From contig NOWV01000179.1 of the NCBI GenBank assembly GCA_003344405.1, positions 124,001 through 160,692 of the forward strand: a stretch of 36,692 nt of DNA. The letters are read 5' to 3'. Source of the stretch: Trichoplax sp. H2. Lineage: Eukaryota. This document shows, piece by piece, positions 13,581 through 26,800 of the stretch; position 1 is the first letter of the stretch; every line of letters begins with the position of its first letter. Both the position numbers and the translations under genes were made by a program. Below the pieces are notes generated by a model. That model ran no database searches. It worked only from the letters and a program-made list of their open reading frames with translations, and was not told where the DNA came from.

Positions 13581-14479
13581 CGTCTTGGCAGATGATTATC
13601 CACTAAATCTACAATCCAGTAAGGATAAGAGAAATTCATTTTTATCGATTAACAACAACTCTATTCCATTCAATTCGACAAGATAATTTTGCAATAGTCT
13701 ATTGCTAAGATTGCAGCGCTTGCACTCTTGAATAAAATGGAGCCATTTTACTTTCTTCTTAGCAGCAATTTTTACTCATTCTACCATGACACTATCACCT
13801 CCAGTACACTTTATGCATAGAGTACATCAGCATGGGATACCATGTTGAATAAGGCTCACCTAGCTTGGAAGTGATCAATCTATCGTCTTCAACTGTAGCT
13901 TTGATTGGCAGAAAATGGAACTATCTCGTATTTGAAAGCTTGAAAATGGATCAACGATAGCGATGATGGCAGTTAATGACAACTAGATATCCATCATGTC
14001 TGGCCAGGTAGGCAATGGAGAGAAGAAGGGGAAAGCAATTTGATTGTATAGTGTATGGAACCGGTCCGACAACTTTAAGGCTATAGTATAGAGTAGAGAG
14101 TGAAAAGAGGAATGAAATACAATAGTATCCAAGACCCACTCTGGATGCTGGATGTCGACTCGTCCGTCCAGTCGAGGTCTTGGGTAGACGCTGGATCATA
14201 GACAGACAGACAGAAGGCTAGTGTCGCTTTGCCTAGGATATGACATTACTTTTGCGCAGGAATTTCGACTTTCAAGTCTATTGGCTTAGGAACAAGTCAA
14301 GTATTGTTCAGCGACACGATAGCCTATCGAGCAAAAGGGATGTCGGTGTTGTAGCACAGATCATTGCTAATACTAAAATAGTACATCACAAGTGCTTTAT
14401 AGAACAGTAGACTAGTGGTCATCCTGCGTACATCGACAGAGCATGCGTATGAATCGGCACTGGTGCTATGGCTACCGTT

Positions 14480-14650
14480 TCAGCCAGCCGCTCAGCCTCC
14501 AAACACTACGGTAGTAGGAGACAGGCAGCACGTTTTCAGATACTTACCTATATCCAACGGGGTTGAGAGCGAAAATTAGCTGCAAAAAATTCAAGTTGCA
14601 ACTCGAATTTAGACTCCAAGAAGAGGCAAAGCGAATAGATTAGAGAGAAA
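14480..14650. promoter_or_regulatory. Probable bidirectional promoter region shared by TAF12 (minus) and TRAPPC3 (plus)
   Basis: A strong minus-strand donor TAG|GTAAGTA at about 14547 (putative non-coding first exon of TAF12) lies about 100 bp from the TRAPPC3 ATG at 14651; GC is locally higher. The TSS itself is not visible from sequence. Confidence 0.55.
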
Positions 14651-15866
<1,216 letters not shown>

Positions 15867-16748
15867 TAGGGTGGAGCTGTTTAGCCTTATTGTTGTATTA
15901 TTATTTCTTCAATTTTTATTTAATATACCATTACTGCATCCCTGTATTCGCATGCGTGTGCAAACACTCTATACAAGATTATACTGTTTATGGGAAAATC
16001 TTTCACCTATAAGGAATGTAGACCTGTTACTGACTCATTTCTACCACCACTGTTAAATTACCTGAAAAAAATTTTTGTATTATATGATATCACAGGTTGC
16101 TTTTATGGGCATTACTACAGTAGACGGTATCTTTGTTAACGGGTTCTATTTCATAGTTCCTTTAATTTAACATTGGAGTATACAGTATAGTCTTTATGTA
16201 AGTAATTTCATGGTTTGTTGTTAATTAATACTACTTATGATAATATCATTTATTGCTATAGTTAAATCCTATTAGTAATCTATCTTACAGCAATTAGCTG
16301 CTATAGTGGCATAAAAAAGTTAGTTATACTGTACGCATAAACATTGTGTACCTTTTCTCAATAATTTGATTGAGAACCAGATGTTTTCTCATGAAACTTT
16401 ATGTTATAACTTTGTGATGCAATCAAAAGACATTTCTCATTGCGTTTTAAAAGTAGAATAGAATTTATTTTCTGATGATATTTTGCATATTATAAATACG
16501 TGTATGATATTTTAGCTCAGTAATACAGTAATATACTTTGTTTATTATTCTAACAGAGCAAAATAGCTGTTGGGCTATGATAAATGTGATAAGGATTAAT
16601 TCCATGAAACAGTTCAGAGATTATCTAACGTAAAGTAATAAAAAATTAGCTATTTACATTGAATTACGCATAAAGAACCCTTCTGTACACGATTATTTTT
16701 GATTTTAACTTATGATAAAGCAATGAAGGCATGATTGCTGCATATTGA

Positions 16749-19416
16749 TTAAGCATTAGATTTTTCATAATTTTCACTAGGCTTATGGGCTACGATAGCG
16801 TAGTTTACTTTAGTGTTGTCAAGCCACCCAGCATTATTTGTTAATGGATTATAGAAAATTCCTCCAATAAAATCCACATTTAGTCCGCCTATAATTAGAC
16901 AATAAAATACAAAGTATATTAATGTATGTGTGCTGGTAATATACCTCTATAGAGCGAGTAGTGAAGTGAAGTGTACTCTTCCTACATACACGTATACTTG
17001 TACGGCGACAAACGTAAATTAAAAGTGTTGAATAAAACAAGTAATTTAAAAGGATTTCTACAACCATGGACGACGCGACGCTAAAGTGCTATTTTCTTGA
17101 TAGTACTCTATATAGCACCTTATTCTTTTATGTTATAGCTTTTACTTTACACATGTTACAGTTATTTTTTCGTAATACTATCAAGATATGTATAAATTCT
17201 TACATGGACCGTGACATAACCATATACGTACTGTATATTTGCTGTTTATTTAAGTAAAGATTGTATAGATGAAACAAAATATTTTCTTGAGTTTTGATAA
17301 TCACAATTGATTTAGAGATAACAGATTTGATAGGCTATACCTTCCTCTAGCTTTTTCGTTAGCTCCTTAGGAGTAATAAATTTCTTCCAATCATGACTTC
17401 CAGCAGGTATGATTCTAGAAATATATTCGCCGCCAATTATCATTACCGCGTACGATAATGGTGTTCTATTTATGGTCGTAACAATGTGTTTTCCACCAGG
17501 CTGAAATGAGAATCATCGAAGTGGGTTAGTTATCTCATCTTTTCACTTTATGCATAAAATTAATTACTACAGTTATGGATTAATTAACGTAAAGTATTGA
17601 ATTATATGATTTAAGATAACAAGAATAATAATAGCTGTCTATCGTCTACTTGCTAATGACTATTTTTGCACAATTTTGGAAAGTGTATTTTTAGTACTAA
17701 ATTTAAGAGTACAGTATTATCTTTATTGTATACCTTTAGTGCCTAATTATTTGATCTAAAGTAGCAATAATAACGATTACATATCGTTTACTGGTAAATT
17801 ACTATTATTATACGAAATTTTGCTAGCTCGTATTCTTAATGCTAAATTCAGGGATATATTGGTTGGTTTCATTAAATTATTACAATACCTTTATCAACTG
17901 ACAACAGCTAGATACGAATAAATCTACGTTATCAACGTGTTCAATCACTTCTGATGCAATTACAGCATCGAATGATTGTGCGTTTTCTGTCGTTGTTAGT
18001 TGCTCGATTGTTGTACACTGATAAGAAACATTAGCAGCTACTCGATCGCATTTTGAAGCGTGTGCTTTAGCCACATTAATAATTTCAGAAGAGGCATCAA
18101 TACCTGTAACTTGGGCTCCAAGTCGTGCTAAAGGCTTGAGATATGGCAAAAATTACAATTAACATTGCAAATAAAATATTGTAATGCATTATTTTAACTA
18201 AATAGAACATTCTAGGTCAGACTATGTGCTCAGTTAGTAAGAGATTGTAGTTAATGAAGAATATCTATTATAACATCTTTTATTGCACAATATGGATTGC
18301 AGTCATGTAAGTACGAGTAGTTTTAATTTATTTATTACTATTCTGGTAAGATTAATAGTTACAGTATAATGAAATTCTACCTCGCATAGGATACCACCAC
18401 CACATCCAACATCTAAGATTTTGTATCCACTCAATGGTCGAGGTTGATCAATTTTGTGAGACTTTTCATCTCCTAGCAAAGCATCTCTTATAAGTGGAAC
18501 ACGAACCATATTCAATGCATGTAAAGGCATATTTTTATTATTCCACTGCCACCACTTGCTTGCAATATCAGAAAACTGTTTAATTTCCTCCTCATTGGCT
18601 GTTGAAGTGTTTGTGTTATGTCTTTGTGAGCTGATATTGACAGGAAATCGGAGTTTTCCTACATTTCTATCAAGATTTATAACAGCAGTTGCTGATTATC
18701 TGGGCAATTTACAAACGTGGTATTATTACTGCTAGATTAAGAATCTTCCATTGCAGTGTACTGATGCAGGATACGAGCATTAAAAGTGTACAATCCGATA
18801 GGAGGTGTTGCACACTTTGGAAGATACTCCACCGTACTACTGTATCGTGATTGTATTGTCAGGTACGTGTACACGTACTGGCATTTCTCGTTTCTTTATT
18901 TGGATGTTTAACGTAATGGGCTAAAAGATGTTTCTGCTTTCAATTATCTACTGAACACCTGTACCTCTCATCCATTTCATTTTGATAAGAGGTAGTTATG
19001 ATAACATGTTGATGATGTATTACCAGTAGGTAGAAATGCAGAAATTAGACATGAGTAACAAGACTAAGGGATTACGTCATACAAAATTTTGACACTCTTG
19101 ATCTTCGTCGATAACCAATTACAAATTCTAGCTACTTTAGTGTATTATTAAGTGCATAGTATGAATAAATTGTGCTTTACTACTCATCAACATCGCTATT
19201 GAGTTCGATATACGCGTACTTGTGTAGAACACAATCTACATATTGTGCAAATTTGTTCAGCTCGCAGATACGCATTACAGTAGATCGATGCTTCGGTTGA
19301 TTTGTATGTATGAGGGTTATATTCAATACTTTAGCTTACCTGCAAGCATATCCTAGGTGTTTTTTTTGCAAAATAGAATAAATTCTGCATCTACTTTCAG
19401 CAAAAAGAGATCCCAT
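16749..19416 (-). CDS. COQ3: Ubiquinone biosynthesis O-methyltransferase, mitochondrial (UbiG family); 5 exons, about 302 aa
   Basis: Exons 19416-19340 (putative transit peptide, less certain), 18666-18381, 18134-17889, 17500-17341, 16888-16749 (909 nt). Motifs: STANEEEIKQFSDIASKWW..LHALNMVRVPLIRD; SAM motif [71 protein letters not shown]..VNY. Confidence 0.93.
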
Positions 19417-19889
19417 AATGATGCAGTACAGTAATACGAGTTACGGCAATTTCGAGGGTTGATCGTTGATCTTTTGCATAGGATTGTTCAAATACTTTGC
19501 TGTAGCCCGTAGGATGCAGCCGATTGCACATAGACTTGCTGTACTTTAGGTACAGTGTCGACGTACCGCCTTAAGCAGTATTAAAGGCATGTACTTGTGA
19601 CATTATTTTTGCTAGCGATGTATTCTGCTGGTGACTGAATAGGGTTAGGTAAGAACCGTTCGCAAAATTTATGTCGCTCCTTGTTGCCTTGAGTATTGCT
19701 TGGATCAATCAGTGGATGGTCATGGGTGACATTATTATTGTACAGACTGCTATAAGTGTGCTACTGAGCAAGGAATGCTGAGCATAGCTCAGTTCACCCC
19801 CATCCGCTTATAATCACAGACTCATACTAAGATCAATCCTGCGCCCATTTCATATGATACAGTATGGGTATCACAGCGCGGTCTGCAAC

Positions 19890-20080
19890 ATACTGTACAG
19901 GCGTCGTGTTTAAGACGTAAAAAGATTTACAGTTAAAAGCTTTTAAGATGTACTGTACACTGTACCCTACAGTATTTGTACTGTACTGTTGATGACTGCC
20001 TAATGCCTACAGTACTTACACTACGGTTTACAGTACTGTATATTGTGAATACATAAATATATACTGTACAGTATTCCTTA
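19890..20080. repeat. Cluster of TACAG/TACTG pentamers (footprint-like low-complexity tract) in the COQ3-SDF2 divergent region
   Basis: Dense TACTGTACAG, TACAGTA, GTACTGTACTG and TACAGTACTGTA runs read directly from the sequence. Confidence 0.7.
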
Positions 20081-20887
20081 GTCCGGAGCCATTTCATCTT
20101 ACGTAGAAATAGACGAAGGACGATTATTATTACAGTAATATCTAGATTTAAAAGTCATCAAGCAATGAATTATTATAATATAATCTTCTGTTTTTTAATC
20201 TTGGCTGTCCTAAAAGGCGTATGTGTCCATGGAGGTTAGTACGAATATTGCTGTATGGAGGATTAGTTTAGGGTATAGTGTGACATGTCTGCAATTTGCA
20301 CATTACTGTACAGCACATTCCTATCTAGCTAGTAGATTAGAATATCGCTTTCCAGTTTTTAAACGTATTCCGGGTGAAGGAAAGTGCTCGACGAGATTGC
20401 AGTTCATCGGGATTCTGATGTATAATTTTATGAACTGATTTCCACTTCTAGTTAGTTATTGCACGCTAGTAAGCTTGCAAACAAATAATATCATGATTAG
20501 GCGAGACCGTGTAGTCTGATAAGATGGAGGTAATACTCGTACGTATGATTCAGATTGCAGATAAATCAATACTAAAGATAGATTGGAGACGATGGAGATA
20601 CAGATAAATTGATGGGCGTATGTTTTTTACATTTCTACTATATTGTTAACGTAGCGTTACTGTTTAGAGATGTCGAAATGGTATGCAACAGTGCTACATC
20701 ACGTCGAGTTGTTAACTATTTGTGTAAAGTTTTCATCGTTTTACGCGTATGTTTAACAGTTTATAAATTAATGATATGGCAATGGATTGTGCTTCAACTC
20801 GACAGACATAGACGTGTTACTATATACTGATGGGATTGTATTTAGTCTCATAATCCTAACTGTACCTTTACTAACCTTCTATGACAG

Positions 20888-22986
20888 GGAAAGAAATGAC
20901 ATGCGGCTCTGCTGTTAAACTAGTCAATATAAAGTATAATGCTCGCTTACATTCCCACGATGTGAAATACGGTTCTGGTAGTGGACAGCAGGTATGTGTT
21001 GATTTCATCTTCATTTATTGATATGCTCTACAGATGATACTGTTGTAATACTGTATGTATATGCTGTAGACGTATATAAACTATGCATGAATAAATCTCA
21101 TTCTCTTAAACATCGTTATGAGTAATATAAGGAACAGGAAAGGAACTTTTGTTGTTGATGCTACCCCACTGCATTCTTGCATGCTACGCCTGCAAATGTT
21201 GAGATTATTATTAACTTGTTACATATTCTGCAATATCACCATGCATAGTATCACTGCATAGCATGTAGATTTTACTTACTTACTCGCCTTCAGGTTTATG
21301 ATTTACCTTTCTTACTACCTCCTCATGATTCTAGTCTGTCACTGGTCAACCAGCTAAAGATGATGTTAACAGCTATTGGATTATCAAGGGACCTCATGGT
21401 AAAGATTGTCTTCGAGGGTAAGGAGAATTGATAAAATTCGTGCGTTATGGTGTAGTAATAACTGATATCGTCCATGGCATAATACTCTCTACAAAGCGGT
21501 AGAATCTATCTATTACATAAGGCATCATTCTTCCCCTTGCAACTAATTCCTCATGGAGTTATACCATGGACTCTTACATTTACTTGATAAATGTAGAGAT
21601 CCATGGTGCAACTAAAATGTACATTAAGCGTATGTTATAATCAACTATGGAGTTTTGCAGTTGCATTGTCCATGTTGGACATGCTAGGCATCCATCATTG
21701 ATTAGCTTCCAATAGGACACAGTATGGATATCATAATTTGTTATCATTTGTAATAATGATTATGGATTGTAAATGAGTGAATGAGCACCAGTGTAGATGC
21801 GAATATGGCCAAGCTGTTGTCCAATCAAATTTCGCCACGAAGTGATGCGATGTCCCTAAATAGTACAAATAGTACAGTGCTGGAGTCAGCCAGTGTGAAT
21901 GCTATACTTCTGAGTACTGTACTGTACAGTGTACAGTACAGTAGTAACGCTGACTGGATACTGTACTGTACCGTTCCGTACTGCATCGGTCCGTAACTGG
22001 TCCATGGTCCGGTCTAGACCGGACCGATTTTTCAGGTTTGGTCCATACTGTTACTGTACTGCAGACACAGACTGACGTTGCCCGGAAGCTCGCAGCTTTT
22101 AAGAGTATATTGCAAATATATACTTCTTATGCTCGTATATAAATAATACAAATTATTTATATTATCAATTAATTATAACGTATATATACAATCATCTCAT
22201 TCATGGCTAGTTCGCGCTCGAAATGAAACACAGTTTTGCTCTAGTTTAGTAATGTTACTACGAAATCTCTATCGAGTTACGGCCTATGCAAGTGCTATTT
22301 TGATTGCATTGATCTATCTTATTATATACTATACGTATTCTAATAAAATCTGTATTTTTCCTTTATTAATCAATTTTGAAGGACTGCAATCAAGTGTGGT
22401 GCTACGATTCGGTTAATGCACGCTGCAACTGAAAGCCATCTTCATAGTCATCATTTCCCATCTCCTCTTTCTCATAATAAAGAAGTTAGTTGTTTTGGTG
22501 GTAAAGACAAAGGGGATCACTTAGACAATTGGATGGTAGTTTGCAATACCAATCGCAAATATTGGATGCGCGATGAACAGATTCGCCTAAAACATGTAGA
22601 ATTAGCAAGGTATGTGCAGTAAATGTCAGATACATTTTACAATGGTACTTTTATGCTATACCTAACTCTGATCATAAATTAATAGTTAATATTTCAATTA
22701 ATGCGATAAATAGCCACAATTTTGTAACCTGTTTCACTATATTACACATGTTTAGTTATTTGCATCTAACTGGTGACGTTTTCGGCCGACCAATAAACGG
22801 CCAGTACGAAATTTCTGGATATCATGCTACGGAGCGTGGTAACTTATGGAAGGCTGCGGTAGGTCCATGTTATATTAATGTTTTACATTGATGATAAAAG
22901 AGGGTCGATTATAATTATTGGAAAGGCAACTCTGATAGTTATTAATTTTATAGGAGGGTGTATACCTTACTGCCAAGAAAAACTAA
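20888..22986 (+). CDS. SDF2: Stromal cell-derived factor 2-like (SDF2/SDF2L1) MIR-domain ER protein; 5' signal-peptide exon not resolved
   Basis: Exons 20888-20991, 21335-21417, 22382-22609, 22756-22858, 22954-22986. Translation MTCGSAVKLVNIKYNARLHSHDVKYGSGSGQQSVTG..DDVNSYWIIKG..CLRGTAIKCGATIRLMH..LHSHHFPSPLSHNKEVSCFG..GDHLDNW..FGRPINGQYEI..WKAAEGVYLTAKKN. One phase-compatible candidate first coding exon is 19671-19725 (MSLLVALSIAWINQWMVM), with a weak donor. Confidence 0.92.
21860..22060. repeat. Intronic palindrome-rich tract (possible MITE relic) with TACAG/TACTG pentamers
   Basis: Perfect 20-bp palindrome GGTCCGGTCTAGACCGGACC at 22006-22025; inverted pairs ATCGGTCC/GGACCGAT and AGTCAGC/GCTGACT; many TACAGTA/TACTGTA units. 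Confidence 0.55.
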
Positions 22987-23883
22987 GAAAGCTACAATCC
23001 TATGATCGTAAAACATACGCCCGAATATAAAATCGTGTTCACATTGTAACTATAGAAATTGAATCTCATACTTGTTATCTAACTACATAGAAATTGCGTT
23101 AATGAAAGTTTAGGTATGAAAATACTCTTTCATTTGCGCAGCATAGCTGGTATGATTAAGTCCTGTTGGCGAAAGAATTCTCCATGCCAGATAGAATTGT
23201 AGCATCTACAGATGCTTTGATAACCTTAAGATCATACAATACTGATAATTCGTGTTTTAGCATGCTGTTACCAAATTTATATTGTAGTAAATACTGTAAC
23301 AAAGTACGCGTACTCGTGAATCAATACGACATACTGTATAGCTGATTTTATCAGTCGTAACTCACATATTACACTGCGATGATGTCGATTTAGAAATATA
23401 CAACAATAAGGTGAGGAACCTTCTGATTTACTAAAGTTCAATGTTTTCCTTTTTATTAACCTCAATAAACTTGGATTCACACATTTGTAAGCATACTTGT
23501 AATGAATGGCTATTTCGATAGATATATGCAATGTACTGTACATTGTAATATAAATCAGAACTTGTTGCTCATAGGCTGCTTTTGCAACTAATTAATAGTA
23601 TATAGTTAAAGAGCAATCTCCCTAATTAGTCAGCTGCATAGCTGAATGGTCTACGGTAAATTGACGAAATTCTTATCGACATCATGTAGCAGAAAATAAT
23701 ATCATAACTTTTTTAAATAAGTCAAAAAATTTATATCAAATACTGCAAACCTTTAATAAATTCTATATATTTTATACATTATAACTACATATAGATAATA
23801 GATAGATTATAGTAACATAAAACTTCTTACGGCATAAGTTATATCAAATAGTGATATATAGGTAGTTGTAAATCATCTTTTAA

Positions 23884-26800
23884 TTAGCGAGACTTGTTAC
23901 TAGCCTTCTTGGAATGAAGCCAGTAGCTATCATGAATAGAAAAAGCATCCACTGATACAGATAAAACTTTTGATGGTATCTCACGGAATTGTTTAGCTCC
24001 GGTATAGTACCTATGTGCAATTGATCGGAAATGTTCAGTCATAGACTAATTCAAATGAGATCTTACGATGGTATACGTACATAAACGATAAAGTTAGCTT
24101 TTCGCATAAGCTATAACTATATACATAATTATATTCTTGTAAGCACGAATGCAATAACCGTACGTATTACCATGGACCTCTAGAGATTCTAGAGGTCCAC
24201 GGTATTACAGCGAACTTACTTAAAGGATTTTTCAATCATATTCGGAAGCACAAGCCTTGGTCCAGTACCGAATATTTTTTCGGCCTAAGGGTAAGCAGGT
24301 ATTTAAAAAATCAACTTAATCCATATTATACTTCCATTTGCTACGCTAAAAGTTGACAAATATCTAGCAGACTGATAAATCTAAACTTCCTAAATTGTTA
24401 CCTCCTCAATGTCATGAAAAAATGCATACAATCCACGAAATTTGCTGCCATTTTGATCTCGAAAAAGTACCATAAAAATGCTTGCATCTGATTCTTCCAT
24501 TGCCTAGTAAAAAAAAAGCGAAAGTTTAATCGATGGTGAATACTTATGATTTATATTGCATATACATGATACAGTCAAATATATATATGTACTTAGTGTA
24601 TATTTACTGCAAAGTTAATAATCCTATGTAATTTTCAACTTTATAAAACCTTTTTCGCATAAATGATTTTACAAGAGTATTTACAATAATTAATTATTGG
24701 TGACCATATATCCTATGACTTAAACTTTTATGTCGTAGATTTGTATAATATAATCTTCATGTTAAGAAAGTATATAATCAAATTATTAAAACGCATCACT
24801 TCTAACTCTTTTAACAAATATTTCTGGTGTTGCCTACCGACAAAGCGTGTTCACGTTGATCCTTATTTACAGTTCCAGCCAAACAGACATACTCTAATGC
24901 ATTTATCAACACTTTTTTATTAGACTTCACTGACGGTTTGACATAACACGGAAGTGCACCTTAGATAAATATCAATGATATCAACTCGTTAGTATCCAAA
25001 AGTTTCCAGCTGAAATACGTGTGTCCTGTACAGTATACTGAACCGTAGAGGGATTACTGTTATAGAATAGCACATTAGTAACAAGACAATTTAATGTATT
25101 TACCACTTTCTGATCCGAGAGAATTTATAGAATTAGACGATCCATAGCGAGAGCTTGCAGCCGATAATGCTCCAGGGGTTGCTGCTTTGCTGCTACCTCG
25201 AATCTTAGAGCCAATGCCATCGCTTTCATGACGTTGAGAATTTCTCGATGGCGATGCAGCTACTGCTCGTGAACATTGATAAATTTGAAGTACAAATAAG
25301 TATAAGAAAAAGTTTAGACTAAGTAGATAATGCCGTTATTAATATACGTGATAGTGTATAACCTTTCCCCCGATTCGAAGCAGAAGTATTTCTGGTATGA
25401 TTTTTAGGTGGTAGCTGTGACGCTTCCGAATGACCTTTAGACGTAGTCTTTTTATCAGCCATGGCTTTGGCAGCACGGCTTAACGTCGTGTATGTAGATG
25501 TACCCTGACTACCATCACGGTGTCCTTTTGCTTCCATACGGTGCGCTTGAATTTTTTTTCTAATAAATATACAAAGTAGATAATTACATACAAAAACTGT
25601 TATGAAGGTGCTATGAGTACATCGAAGCAACAATATTCGATTCTAATGCTCGCACATATCATGATTACCGTCTTTCTTCTATCTTTTTTTCGTGCGCTTG
25701 ATGTGCTGCCTCTCGCTTGGCTTTATCTTCTTGTTCTTTTTGATGACGAAGTCGTTCAAATTTAACCATCCGCTACAAGATTTAATCATAATATTTTCAA
25801 ACGGTTACTACGCGTTTGTGATTTAATCGTACTAACATAATACTATAGTTTATATGTAACAATAGATGTTACTGATTCGTAATCTTATATCTCTTACATG
25901 CTTGTTTTCGTTCTCATCTTCAGTAATAAATTCAAATCCTTTAGATTCTTTTGATTCATCACAACTAGAATTATTACAATTTCCGTGGACACCAGTTTTC
26001 TTTGTTGAAACTTCCTCATCAAGTTTATGTTCATTTTCTAACTTTTCAGCTTTTTTACTTTCAACTATTTTTGAACCTGAACTGACATCTCTTTTATTGC
26101 TCTCAGGATTAAATTTACTCGGTCTGTTACTACCAGATCCAGTTCGACTGCGATGACTATCGAGCTTTTTATTGGCAATTGGTGAATTTTTACGCCCATG
26201 TGTCAAATCTCTATTCGGTTTAGGGGAATGTGAACGGGCTTTACTCTCAGATGCAAGATTTCTTTTTCCTCCGGCGCCAGCAGAGACTGCCTGATGACCT
26301 TGGGGTGTTGTATTTTTCGAACTGTGCGAGCTAGAAGGAATGGTCTTGCAGGACGATGATACTTTTTCTTGATTTCGAGGACTAATAGAGTTTAATTTTC
26401 CTTTACGATCGCCTTGCATCTGGTTTGGGGACCCAGCAGGGGAAGATAATTTGTTTTGTTCTTGGGTTTTAAGAGATTTAGGTCGGGCTTTCACTCTTCT
26501 AGTTGTACTGTCATCGATGTTGACTTCGAAAGATAGGCCTGTAGGCTTGGAATTGCCAGTATATTCATCGTGTTCTTCTTTCGTATTTACTTTAATCCCT
26601 AGAATTTTAAAAAATGTATGTTGCATAACATTTTCCTTATCAGTAACAAACTGCCGTTTAAGTTCTTCATCCTGTGCAGTTATCGCTTGTCTTATTGACG
26701 TCATTTTTAATTGAGCTTCATTTAATTTGATCATGTCTGCTTTGGACATCTTGCTTATTGCAGCCGAGTAATTATTACTAGTTTCGTCTACATCTGTATT

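Noticed and set aside
13951-14199. 82-aa minus-strand ORF upstream of TAF12
   Set aside because: No similarity recognised; falls in the presumed TAF12 5' UTR/intron region.
20223-20830. ORFs 20223-20438 and 20609-20830 as the SDF2 N-terminus
   Set aside because: Their best donor sites are not in the phase required to join the 20888 exon in frame.
25866-26714. Plus-strand ORFs of 96 and 87 aa
   Set aside because: Antisense shadows of the large CAMSAP exon.
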